Shown here in pieces: positions 1-8,907 of a stretch of DNA of 64,000 nucleotides. The stretch is from positions 46,786 through 110,785 of the forward strand of contig CAVWKS010000026.1 of the NCBI GenBank assembly GCA_963755635.1, given 5' to 3'. A program made the translations under genes and the position numbers. This DNA comes from an uncultured Actinomycetes bacterium. GTDB taxonomy: Bacteria > Actinomycetota > Thermoleophilia > Gaiellales > Gaiellaceae. Below the pieces are notes generated by a model. That model saw only the letters and a program-made list of their open reading frames with translations, did not search any database and was not told the DNA's origin. Position 1 is the first letter of the stretch; every line of letters starts with the position of its first letter.

Positions 1-1269
1 ACCATGATGGTCGTCGCGATCGCGATGCTCGGCTCGCTGACGGTTCTGCCTGCCTTGCTCTCGAGGCTCGGAGACGGAGTCGAGCGGGTGCGGGTGCCCT
101 TCGTCGGCCGGATCCGCGGCAGCCACGGCGAAAGCCGCGTCTGGGGACCGATCGTCGACGCTGTCCTGCGCCGGCCGGTGCTGTCCGCCGTGCTCGCGGG
201 CGGAGCCCTGCTCTTGCTCGCGGCTCCTGTGCTGCAGCTGCGCATCTCGACCCCGGGGCCGGACACCTTCCCCAAGTCGCTTGCAGTCGTGAAGACCTAC
301 GACCGCATGCAGCAGGCGTTCCCCGGCAAAGCGCTACCGGCAAATGTCGTTGTGAAGGCACCAGACGTGAACGCACCGGCCATGCGGAGCGCGATCGCCG
401 AGCTCGAGCAGAGGGCGCTGGCAAGCGGGCAGGCCCACAAGCCGATCACGGTCGACACGAACCGCGAAGGGACGATCGCAAACATCACCGTCCCGATCGC
501 GGGCAGTGGGACCGACGCCGGTTCGCGTGCTTCCCTCGCGGCGCTGCGTGACTCGATCGTCCCGGAGACGGTCGGTGCGCTTCCGAACACGCAGGCCGGC
601 GTCACCGGGCTCACGGCCGAATGGAAGGACCAGCAGGACCAGATGAAGTCGAAGCTCCCGCTCGTCGTCGGCTTCGTGCTCCTGTTCGCGTTCTTCCTCA
701 TGCTGGTCGCGTTCCGCTCGATCGTGATCGCGGCCAAGGCGATCGTCCTCAATCTCCTCTCCGTCGCCGCCGCCTACGGCGTGCTCGTGCTCGTCTTCCA
801 GCACGGCGTCGGCAAGGGCCTGCTCGGCTTCAGCTCGACCGCGGGCATCTCGCCCGTCGTGCCCTTGCTGCTGTTCGTGATCCTCTTCGGCCTCTCGATG
901 GACTACCACGTGTTCATCGTCAGCCGGATCCGTGAAGCGTTCGACCGCGGCGAGAGCATGGACGACGCGATCGCCGACGGGATCAAGGCCACGGCCGGAG
1001 TGGTGACGAGCGCGGCCATCGTCATGGTCGCGGTCTTCTCGATCTTCATCACCCTCTCGATGCTCTTCTTCAAGCAGTTCGGCGTCGGGCTCGCGGCTGC
1101 AGTCCTGATCGACGCAACGATCGTCCGGGGCGTGCTGCTGCCGGCCACGATGAAGCTGCTCGGCGACTGGAACTGGTACCTGCCGAAGTGGCTCCAGTGG
1201 CTTCCTCGGCTCGAGCCGGATGAGCCCGAGCCCACGACGGTCGTCAACCCGGAGCCCGTCTCCGCCTAG
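1..1269 (+). CDS. MMPL/RND-superfamily membrane transporter, C-terminal part (5' end lies outside the window)
   Basis: ORF 4..1269 is open back to position 1. A soluble loop region is followed by a bundle of hydrophobic helices (FVLLFAFFLMLVAFRS, LLLFVILFGLSMDYHVFIVSRIRE), typical of the second MMPL repeat. Confidence 0.85.
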   Translation, partial: TMMVVAIAMLGSLTVLPALLSRLGDGVERVRVPFVGRIRGSHGESRVWGPIVDAVLRRPVLSAVLAGGALLLLAAPVLQLRISTPGPDTFPKSLAVVKTYDRMQQAFPGKALPANVVVKAPDVNAPAMRSAIAELEQRALASGQAHKPITVDTNREGTIANITVPIAGSGTDAGSRASLAALRDSIVPETVGALPNTQAGVTGLTAEWKDQQDQMKSKLPLVVGFVLLFAFFLMLVAFRSIVIAAKAIVLNLLSVAAAYGVLVLVFQHGVGKGLLGFSSTAGISPVVPLLLFVILFGLSMDYHVFIVSRIREAFDRGESMDDAIADGIKATAGVVTSAAIVMVAVFSIFITLSMLFFKQFGVGLAAAVLIDATIVRGVLLPATMKLLGDWNWYLPKWLQWLPRLEPDEPEPTTVVNPEPVSA

Positions 1270-1338
1270 GTCCACGCGGTCGGACCCCGGCCCTTCACGG
1301 GCTGGGGTCCGACCCGGACACGAATGAAGGGAGTAGGA

Positions 1339-2055
1339 ATGCAAGCCGAAACGCAGCCAGAGAAGCGCACCGGTCTCACGATTGGAGCGTGGGTCGCAGC
1401 CGTGCTCGGCGTCCTCGTGCTCGCGGCCGGCGTAACGGGACTCTGGGCCGACACCTCGAAGCGCGACGACAACGGCTACTTCTCCGCGCACGCGCACCGC
1501 TACCAAACCCACACGCGAGCTATTGCGACCGAGAGCATCACAGTAGGCAGCTACGTCCCCACGTGGCTCGCAGGCAAGGTCCGGCTCGACGTCGCCGGCG
1601 ACAAGCCGCTGTTCGTCGGCATCGCGCCGAAGGCCACCGCCGACGCCTACCTCGCCCGAATCCAGCACACGGAGGCGACCCATCTCAGCCTCGATCCATT
1701 CAAGGTCACGTACGTCGACCACGCGGGGACGGTCGATCCCGGCCGGCCTGCACGCGAACCCTTCTGGCGAGCAGCGGTCTCCGGAACCAACGCCCCGCTG
1801 AAGTGGAACCTTCGCTCTGGCCACTGGTCGATCGTCGTGATGAACGCCGACGGCTCTCGCGATGTCGCGGCGAGGATCGGCGTCGGCGTCAAGGTGCCGG
1901 CGCTCCTCTGGGCCGGAATCGGGCTGAGCCTCTTCGGAGGCGCGCTGCTCGTCGCCGCCGGGCTGATGTTCGCTGCCCGCTCGCGGAGCTCGCGAAGGCC
2001 TCAGGCCCGAGCGTCTGCTGCTTCTGGCTCCTCCACCGTCGGGTCGCCGATGTAG
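1339..2055 (+). CDS. hypothetical membrane-anchored protein (N- and C-terminal TM helices)
   Basis: ORF 1324..2055. The ATG at 1339 follows a GGGAG Shine-Dalgarno-like motif. Codon usage is coding-like. No family recognised. Confidence 0.55.
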   Translation: MQAETQPEKRTGLTIGAWVAAVLGVLVLAAGVTGLWADTSKRDDNGYFSAHAHRYQTHTRAIATESITVGSYVPTWLAGKVRLDVAGDKPLFVGIAPKATADAYLARIQHTEATHLSLDPFKVTYVDHAGTVDPGRPAREPFWRAAVSGTNAPLKWNLRSGHWSIVVMNADGSRDVAARIGVGVKVPALLWAGIGLSLFGGALLVAAGLMFAARSRSSRRPQARASAASGSSTVGSPM

Positions 2056-3761
2056 TCGAGCGCCTGCCGGGCGGGGAGCCGGCTGCGGATCGCGAAGGCG
2101 TAGACGGCGAGGCTGAGGAGCGCCACGGCGAGAATGTCCCAGCCGAACGAGAGCACGTTGCGGGGGCCGTGGAGGCCGATCAGCGGGATCGAGCTCGGCG
2201 TCCTCGTGTCGAATGAGCTGAGGTACGAGATCACGCCCATTCCGAGCAGGTAGGGCCAAAGCCACACGGCGCTTCGCCAGTCGAGCGACGGTCGCTCCCG
2301 CTCGTCGGTTGCAGTCGACACGCCGAGCAGCGCGAAGCCGATCAGGATCGCCACGACGAGCTTCCACATCACCGCCCAGCCGGTGAAGAGCAGGATCTCG
2401 CTCGCGGCGACGAACGTGGCCGGCGCCAGGAGCGATGCGGCGGGAAGCCTGAAGGGGCGCGGCCGATCGGGGTCCTGGCGCCTGAGCGCTCCTAGGGCGA
2501 GCGGCGCCATCGCGTACACGGCCACGGCCGCCGCCGAGATGAAGCCGACGAGCTGCTGCCAGCCGGGGAAGGGGAGCAGGATCACGAGGCCGCAGACAAA
2601 CGTGAACCCGAGCGCGAAAACCGGGGTTCCGCGACGCGTGAGCCGTGCGAAGGCCGCAGGGATGTAACCGCTTCGCGCGAGCGCGAAGGTCAGCCGAGCG
2701 CTTGCGCCCGTGTAGAGAAGGCCGGTGCCGCCCGGCGAGACGATCGCGTCCGAATAGAGCAGGACGGCGAGCCAGCCCAGGCCGAGCGCCGTCGCGAGCC
2801 CCGCGAACGGCCCGAACAACTGCGCCTTTCCCGAGAACGAGACGGCGCCCCAGCCGTGCGAAAGGTTCGACGGGTCGAGCGCCAGGATGAACGCCACCTG
2901 CAGCGCGAGGTAGAGAACGATCGCCAAAGCCATCCCGCCGATGATCGCGAGAGGGATGTTCCGCCCCGGATTGCGCGTCTCGCCGCCGAGCTGGACCGCC
3001 TGCTCGAAGCCCAGGCACGCGAAGACGACGCCGCCTGACGCCAGCGCGACGAAGACGCCCTTCCACCCGAAGGGCATGAACCCGCCGCCCGCGGTGAAGT
3101 TCCCGCCGTGCGCCGAGGTCGCGATGAGCGCGACGACGGTCAGCGCCGGGACGAAGAGCTTCCAGCAGACGGCGACGATGTTCGCGTCGGAGAGCCAGCG
3201 CACGCCCATCACGTTGATCGTGCAGAACACGAGCAGCAGCGCTGCGGCGACGACGTAGCCCTGGGCTGTCAGAACCGCCCGGCCGCCCGAGACGGTCGTC
3301 AGCGACGAGATGTAGTTCGACGTGTAGAGGAGCGTGGCCTGGACCATGATCGGCCCGACGGTCACGGCGCCGAGAAACGCGATCCAGCCGGTCGTGAAGC
3401 CGATCAAGCTCCCGAAGGCGAATTGCGGGAACCGCGCGCTGCCGCCCGCAACCGGGTACATGCCGCCGAGCTCGGCATGCGTCAAGGCGAGCAGCATCAC
3501 CGCACCGCCGCCGAGCACCCAGGAGATGACCGCGGCCGGGCCGGCGAGCGAAGAGGCATAGAGGGCGCCGAACAGCCAGCCGGCGCCGATGATCGACCCC
3601 AACGAGACGAACAGGAGGCCGACGAAACCGACGTCGCGTCGCAGCTTGCGCCCCGCGCGGTCGGTCGCGGTGGCAACCATGGGTTGTGCCAGCTGGGCCG
3701 CCGCTTCCTCTCCCTTAAGCGAAATGGCCTCCCGAGAGCTGCTCGGGCTGCCTCCGATCAT
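2001..3761 (-). CDS. APC-family amino acid permease
   Basis: ORF 2001..3761, with about 12 hydrophobic segments. The N-terminal signature FVSLGSIIGAGWLFGALYA is typical of amino acid permeases. The start is uncertain (ATG 3761 or ATG 3680). Confidence 0.85.
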   Translation of the reverse strand: MIGGSPSSSREAISLKGEEAAAQLAQPMVATATDRAGRKLRRDVGFVGLLFVSLGSIIGAGWLFGALYASSLAGPAAVISWVLGGGAVMLLALTHAELGGMYPVAGGSARFPQFAFGSLIGFTTGWIAFLGAVTVGPIMVQATLLYTSNYISSLTTVSGGRAVLTAQGYVVAAALLLVFCTINVMGVRWLSDANIVAVCWKLFVPALTVVALIATSAHGGNFTAGGGFMPFGWKGVFVALASGGVVFACLGFEQAVQLGGETRNPGRNIPLAIIGGMALAIVLYLALQVAFILALDPSNLSHGWGAVSFSGKAQLFGPFAGLATALGLGWLAVLLYSDAIVSPGGTGLLYTGASARLTFALARSGYIPAAFARLTRRGTPVFALGFTFVCGLVILLPFPGWQQLVGFISAAAVAVYAMAPLALGALRRQDPDRPRPFRLPAASLLAPATFVAASEILLFTGWAVMWKLVVAILIGFALLGVSTATDERERPSLDWRSAVWLWPYLLGMGVISYLSSFDTRTPSSIPLIGLHGPRNVLSFGWDILAVALLSLAVYAFAIRSRLPARQALDYIGDPTVEEPEAADARA

Positions 3762-3846
3762 TGCCCATCGCCGCCCGCGCTACAAGGGTCGAGGATCAGG
3801 GTGCCGCCCCGATGTCGGCGCGGCCGCTCCCGGTCAAGCTCAGTCC

Positions 3847-4518
3847 ATGGCCCGCGACTTGCTCAGAACGGCGACGAGCCGAACGGCCCTGACCGGGGCC
3901 TGCGGGCTGCTCGCCTTCGTCACCTTCAACGCCGGCTGGATCGCGGCTGACCTCACTCAACCGCAGGCCTTCAGCCCAACGCGCGACGACATCTCCGATC
4001 TCGGCGCTCTGACGGCGAGCAGTCCCTGGCTCTACAACCAGCTTGCCGCCAACATCTCCGGCTTGCTGCTGGTCGCGCTCGGAATCGGTCTCTGGCAGGC
4101 GCTCAGTCCGAGCCGCCTCGGCCGAGCCGGCGCCGCGGCCGTGGTCGCGATGGGCCTCGGCACGTTCCTCGACGGAATCTTCCGCCTCGATTGCCAGGGA
4201 ATCGATTCCGGGTGCAGCAACGACTCGTGGCACTCCCACGCCCACAAGATCGAGTCCGCTCTCACCGTCGGCGCGTCCTTCCTCGCCTTGGTGATCTTCG
4301 CGATCGCGTTCCGTCGCCTCGCCGAATGGCGGGGCGCCTGGCTGCCGATGCTCGCCGCCCTGCCTGCTGTGTTCGCGGCCAACGTCCTCTTCTCGCCGCT
4401 CGGACCCGGCGCCTCCACGCGCGCGGGCACCGTCGTCCTCTTCGCGGTGATCGCCTTTCTCGGGTTACGACTGACCAAGTGCACCGGTCTCGACGGGAAG
4501 ATCGGCGCGCTTAACTAG
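3847..4518 (+). CDS. DUF998-like integral membrane protein
   Basis: This is the in-frame ATG (residue 87) of ORF 3589..4518; the upstream part of that ORF is Arg/Pro-rich and non-coding-like. The multi-TM protein has the ISDLG...NISGLLLV pattern. Confidence 0.7.
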   Translation: MARDLLRTATSRTALTGACGLLAFVTFNAGWIAADLTQPQAFSPTRDDISDLGALTASSPWLYNQLAANISGLLLVALGIGLWQALSPSRLGRAGAAAVVAMGLGTFLDGIFRLDCQGIDSGCSNDSWHSHAHKIESALTVGASFLALVIFAIAFRRLAEWRGAWLPMLAALPAVFAANVLFSPLGPGASTRAGTVVLFAVIAFLGLRLTKCTGLDGKIGALN

Positions 4519-4593
4519 TGCGGAAAGTCCGCGGTCGGGTTGCGCGTGCCCACGGATTCGCGGCGTCGCGATTGCTTGCACGCTTGACTCGAG

Positions 4594-5145
4594 ATGGTTG
4601 CCCGAGCAGTCGAGCACGCAGATCGGCGCCTGCACGACCTCCGCAGGGAGGAGTGGGAGGACGCAGCGGTCGCGGTCACGGCGTTCGGGCTTGCGGTCGC
4701 CGCCGCGTCACTTCGTCCCACCCTTGCGCTGCCGCTCTTCCTCGGCGGGTTGATGCTCGCCGGGCGCGCCGCTCTCGCCGGCTGGCGGCGCTGGGATCTG
4801 CTCGACCGGCTCCTCGTCGACCCCGATGCGCAGGCCATCCCGGAAGTGCGCGCGCTCGCCGAACGAGAGGCGACCATGACCAACCGCCGCTCGCTCAGCA
4901 GCGCGATCCGGATACGCCTCCAGCGTGCGGAGAACCCCCGGATCGTGGCCAACGCCGATCAGTTCGCCGCGCTGGCGGACGAGCTGGCCGACCCGCAGCT
5001 CGAGCTGGATCCCGCCCGCGCCGCCGCTTGCTCGCGGCTCCTGACGGACGACGTCGCGAGCCCGCTCTTCAATTTCACGCTGCCGGCAGAGGACGTTCGC
5101 TCGCGGCTCGTTCAGATCCGGTCCGGCTTTCACCAGCGGGATTAG
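4594..5145 (+). CDS. hypothetical protein with two predicted TM helices
   Basis: ORF 4594..5145 has coding-like composition. No family recognised. Confidence 0.45.
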   Translation: MVARAVEHADRRLHDLRREEWEDAAVAVTAFGLAVAAASLRPTLALPLFLGGLMLAGRAALAGWRRWDLLDRLLVDPDAQAIPEVRALAEREATMTNRRSLSSAIRIRLQRAENPRIVANADQFAALADELADPQLELDPARAAACSRLLTDDVASPLFNFTLPAEDVRSRLVQIRSGFHQRD

Positions 5146-5246
5146 CGCGGCGAGCCAGTTCCCCGATTCGGCCTGCGGCGAATTACAGAGCAGGGAGTAC
5201 GGTTCTGCCTGATGCACGATCCGATGGCGCTCACGATGATTTAGAG

Positions 5247-7972
5247 ATGAGCGCCGAGGAGCAACGGCGGTCGCCGACGACTCGCGCGCCGACGCGCGCG
5301 CGGATCCGGCGCAGCTCTTCCGGGAGCTGCGCAGCTCGCCCAAAGGACTGACGACTCGCGAGGCGTCCAGGCGGCTCACCGCCTACGGTCCCAACGAGCT
5401 GGAGCGCCGCGGAGGCCCGACCTGGCCGAGGCAGGTGCTGGCGCAGCTGATCCATCCGCTGGCGCTCCTCCTCTGGCTGGCCGCGGCGCTCTCGTTCGCA
5501 ACCGGCACGCCCATCCTCGGCGAGGCGATCGTCGCGGTCATCCTCCTGAACGCCGCCTTTGCGTTCGCGCAGGAGCGGCAGGCCGAGCGGGCGATCGAGG
5601 CGCTGCGCACCTACCTGCCGCAGCAGGCGAGCGTCCTGCGGGACGGGCAGGCGCAGGAGATCGAGGCGAGAGAGCTCGTCCCGGGCGACGTGCTGCTCCT
5701 CGCGGAGGGCGACCGCGTCTCGGCCGACGCGCGGCTGCTCGAAGGGGCGCTCGAGGTCGATCTGTCGACGCTGACCGGAGAATCGCAGCCGGTCTACCGC
5801 TCGGCGGAGTTCGTGGACGAGACCGGCCCGGTCCTCGAGGCGCGCGACGTCGTCTTCAGCGGCTCGAGCTGCGTCGGGGGTGAGGCGAAGGCGCTGATCG
5901 TCTCGACAGGGATGCAGACCGAGCTCGGCCGGATCGCGGCCATGACCGAGAACGTCAAGACCGAGCCGAGCCCGCTCGAGCAGCAGGTCCGCCGCGTCGC
6001 GTGGCTGATCTCGCTCGTGGCCGTTGCCGTCGGCCTCGCGTTCCTGCCGATCGGATACTTCGCGGCTGGGCTGTCGCTGAAGGACGCGGCGACCTTCGCC
6101 ATCGGACTGATCGTCGCGAACGTGCCCGAGGGGCTGCTGCCGACGATCACGCTCGCGCTGGCCGTCGGCGTGGCGAGCCTCGCCCGGCGCGGCGCGCTCG
6201 TGAAGCGGCTGAGCGCCGTCGAGACCCTCGGCTCGGCAGGCGTGATCTGCACGGACAAGACGGGAACGCTGACGCAGAACCGGATGCGCGCCATGCGCGT
6301 CTGGACGCCGCTCGGCGAGACCGACCTCGAGGTCGGAAACGGCGACGGCAATCCGCTCCTGACGCTGCTCGGCCGGGCGATCGCCTCGTGCTCGTCCGCC
6401 GAGCTCGCCGGCGAGCCGAACAAGTCACGCGGTGAGGCAACCGAGATCGGAATGCTGGAGACCGCGCGCGCACTAGGCATAGACGTCGAGGTGCGGCGGC
6501 GCGAGCTCGCCCGCCGCCAGCTGTACCGGTTCGACCCGAAGCTCCGCCTGATGTCGACCGTGGACGAGCGGGCCGACGGCACGCTGACAGTCCATGCGAA
6601 GGGCGCTCCGGAGGAGGTGCTCGCCCGCTGCACCGCGATCGGCGGCCGGGAGAACCATCGCCCGATCACGATGGCCGACCGGGCCGAAGTGCTGGAGGTG
6701 CTCGACTCGTACGCGAAACAGGGCCTGCGCGTGCTGGCCGTGGCCCGCAGGCGGCTGCCGGACGGCGCCGTGCCGCCCGAGCGCAGGGAGGACGCCGAAA
6801 CCGAGCTCTGCCTCCTCGGGCTCGTCGCCCTGTTCGACCCGCCGCGGCCGGAGGTGGCCGACGCGGTCGCCGAGTGCCACAGCGCCGGCATCCGGATCGT
6901 CGTCATCACCGGCGACTACGGCCCGACCGCGGCGCAGATCGCGCGGCGCGTCGGGATCGCGCGAAACGGTGCCCACGTCGTCACGGGCGAGCAGCTCGAA
7001 GCGATGAGCGAGGAGCAGCTCGACACGCTTCTTCGGGACGGGGAGGAGCTCGTCTTCGCCCGCAGCTCCCCGGAGGCGAAGCTCCGGATCACGGACGCGC
7101 TGCAGGCGGAGGGGCAGGTCGTGGCGATGACCGGCGACGGCGTCAACGACGCGCCGGCCCTGCGGCGGGCGGACATCGGCGTCGCGATGGGCGTCGCCGG
7201 CACGGACGTCGCCCGCGAGGCGGCGACGATGGTGCTCACGGACGACAACTTCGCGACGATCGTCGCGGCCGTCGAAGCGGGACGTCAGGTCTTCGACAAC
7301 GTCCGCAAGTTCATCCTCTACATCTTCGCCCACGCGACTCCCGAGGTCGTGCCGTTTCTCGTCTTCGCGCTCTCGGGCGGCGCGATTCCGCTGCCTCTGA
7401 CCGTCTTGCAGATCCTCGCGATCGACCTCGGCACCGAGATCCTGCCGGCGCTCGCGCTCGGCCGCGAGCCACCGGAGCCCGGGCTGATGGATCGTCCTCC
7501 GCGGTCCCGCTCGGAGGGCGTGATCACCGGCTCGCTGCTCAGGCGTGCCTGGCTCTTCCTCGGCCTGATCGAGGCCGTGCTCGTCCTCTTCGGCTTCTTC
7601 TTCGTGCTCGTCGGCGCGGGCTGGCACCTGGACGACGTCGTCTCGGCCGGGCACCCGCTGCACAGCGCGTACCTGCGGGCGACCACGATGACGTTCGCCG
7701 GGATCGTCGCCTGTCAGATCGGCACTGCGATCGCGGCGCGGACAGAACACGCGTCGCTCCGCTCGGTCGGCTTCTTCACCAACCGCCTGCTGCTCTGGGG
7801 CATCGCCTCGGAGATCGTCTTCGCGGCGGCCGTCATCTTCGTCCCGGCGCTGCAGCACGTCTTCGGAACGGCCGCGCTCAAGCCCGTCGACCTCGCGGTG
7901 CTGGCGCCGTTCCCGCTGATCGTGTGGGGCGCCGACGAGCTGCGCCGGTACGTCCTGCGCTCGCGGCATTAG
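5247..7972 (+). CDS. P2-type cation-transporting P-type ATPase (Ca2+/CtpF-like), with a frame-disrupted or non-canonically initiated N-terminus
   Basis: ORF 5435..7972 carries [18 protein letters not shown] and PEGLLPT motifs. The conserved N-terminal domain sequence [34 protein letters not shown] continues upstream in the same frame to a stop at 5237-5239, with no ATG/GTG/TTG. The only nearby ATG (5247) is in another frame. Confidence 0.85.
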
Positions 7973-7987
7973 TAGTCGCGTCTTGGT

Positions 7988-8017
7988 GGCGGTTGTGCTC
8001 GAGTCCCGCACGCCGCC
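7988..8017. terminator. imperfect GC-rich hairpin between convergent genes
   Basis: GGCGG(tt)GTGC - 9-nt loop - GCAC(g)CCGCC, located between the ATPase stop (7972) and the YihY stop (8023). Confidence 0.3.
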
Positions 8018-8022
8018 TAGGT

Positions 8023-8904
8023 TTATGGCTCTCGTGCGCGGCGTTCGCTCAGCGTTGCGTTGAGCTCCGCGGACACCACCATCAGCCGGCCCACGAGCAC
8101 CAGCGAGAAGAGCAGCGCAGTGGCGATCCCGAGCGCGCCGTAGGTGTTGGCGCGGTTCTCGACGAGGCGGGTCGTGATGTAGACGTTGAAGACGTTGACG
8201 AACAGAAGCCCGACGCCGAACAAGAGCGCCCCGGGGAGGAGCCGCGGCCACCGAACATCGCTGTGAGGAAGTTGCACGGAGACCGCAAGCCACGAGCCCC
8301 CGACGAGCAAGAGGTAGACGAGCAGCGCGGCGAGCCCACCGAATTGATCTCCCCGGCGGATCCAGCCAACGATCTCCACTGCCCCGAGCTCGAGGAGCAG
8401 CGCCGTCGCGAACACGCCGATTCCCAGCCACGTAACCCGTACGCCGCGGCCCGAGCCGCGCCAGGCGATCGCATGCACCTTCGCGATCGCGCGATAGAGG
8501 GTGCCCATTGCGTAGAGCACGGCGGGGACCATCAGCAGGAAGACGAGGCCACGGTGGCGGCCCGAGGCCGTCGAGGCGACCTCGGAGGCAATCAGGCCGT
8601 GCAGGCCGGCCTCCTCGGCGACCTTACTGGGGCTCTTGTCGACGCTTCCCGCGTAGAGGCCGAGGCCGGAGACGAGGAGGAGAGCAGTCGGGAGCAGGAA
8701 GACGAACAGCCGGTACGCGAGCGCTCCCGCGAGCAGCCCGCCTCCGATGGCCGAGTCCCGCTCGACGACCCCGAGCCCGAGGTCGAGCGAGGAGTGGCGG
8801 GCGCGCGCCTCGTCTGTGTAGGCCCGGACGCCGCGCGCCCACTCGGCCAGGCGGGCGTACCGTCCCGTTGCCGGGGGTTCGAGCGGCTTGCGGGCATCGG
8901 CCAC
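8023..8904 (-). CDS. YihY/BrkB-family membrane protein
   Basis: ORF 8023..8904. It has six TM segments and the GGLLAGALAYRLFVFLLP signature typical of YihY/virulence factor BrkB proteins. Confidence 0.8.
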   Translation of the reverse strand: MADARKPLEPPATGRYARLAEWARGVRAYTDEARARHSSLDLGLGVVERDSAIGGGLLAGALAYRLFVFLLPTALLLVSGLGLYAGSVDKSPSKVAEEAGLHGLIASEVASTASGRHRGLVFLLMVPAVLYAMGTLYRAIAKVHAIAWRGSGRGVRVTWLGIGVFATALLLELGAVEIVGWIRRGDQFGGLAALLVYLLLVGGSWLAVSVQLPHSDVRWPRLLPGALLFGVGLLFVNVFNVYITTRLVENRANTYGALGIATALLFSLVLVGRLMVVSAELNATLSERRAREP

Positions 8905-8907
8905 GAC

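Noticed and set aside
2001-2055. A 55-nt convergent overlap between the hypothetical membrane protein and the amino acid permease.
   Set aside because: Both C-terminal tails are low-complexity and not obviously conserved. The overlap probably reflects late stop codons in GC-rich sequence and has no evident functional meaning.
334-3066. A 910-aa minus-strand ORF, and similar giants at 6473..8431 (-), 6874..9744 (+), 8624..9949 (-), 55813..58008 (+) and 46267..47724 (-).
   Set aside because: Their compositions are Arg/Pro/Gly/Ala-dominated with no motifs. They lie antisense or out of frame to genes that have clear family signatures. These are the typical long spurious ORFs of very GC-rich DNA.
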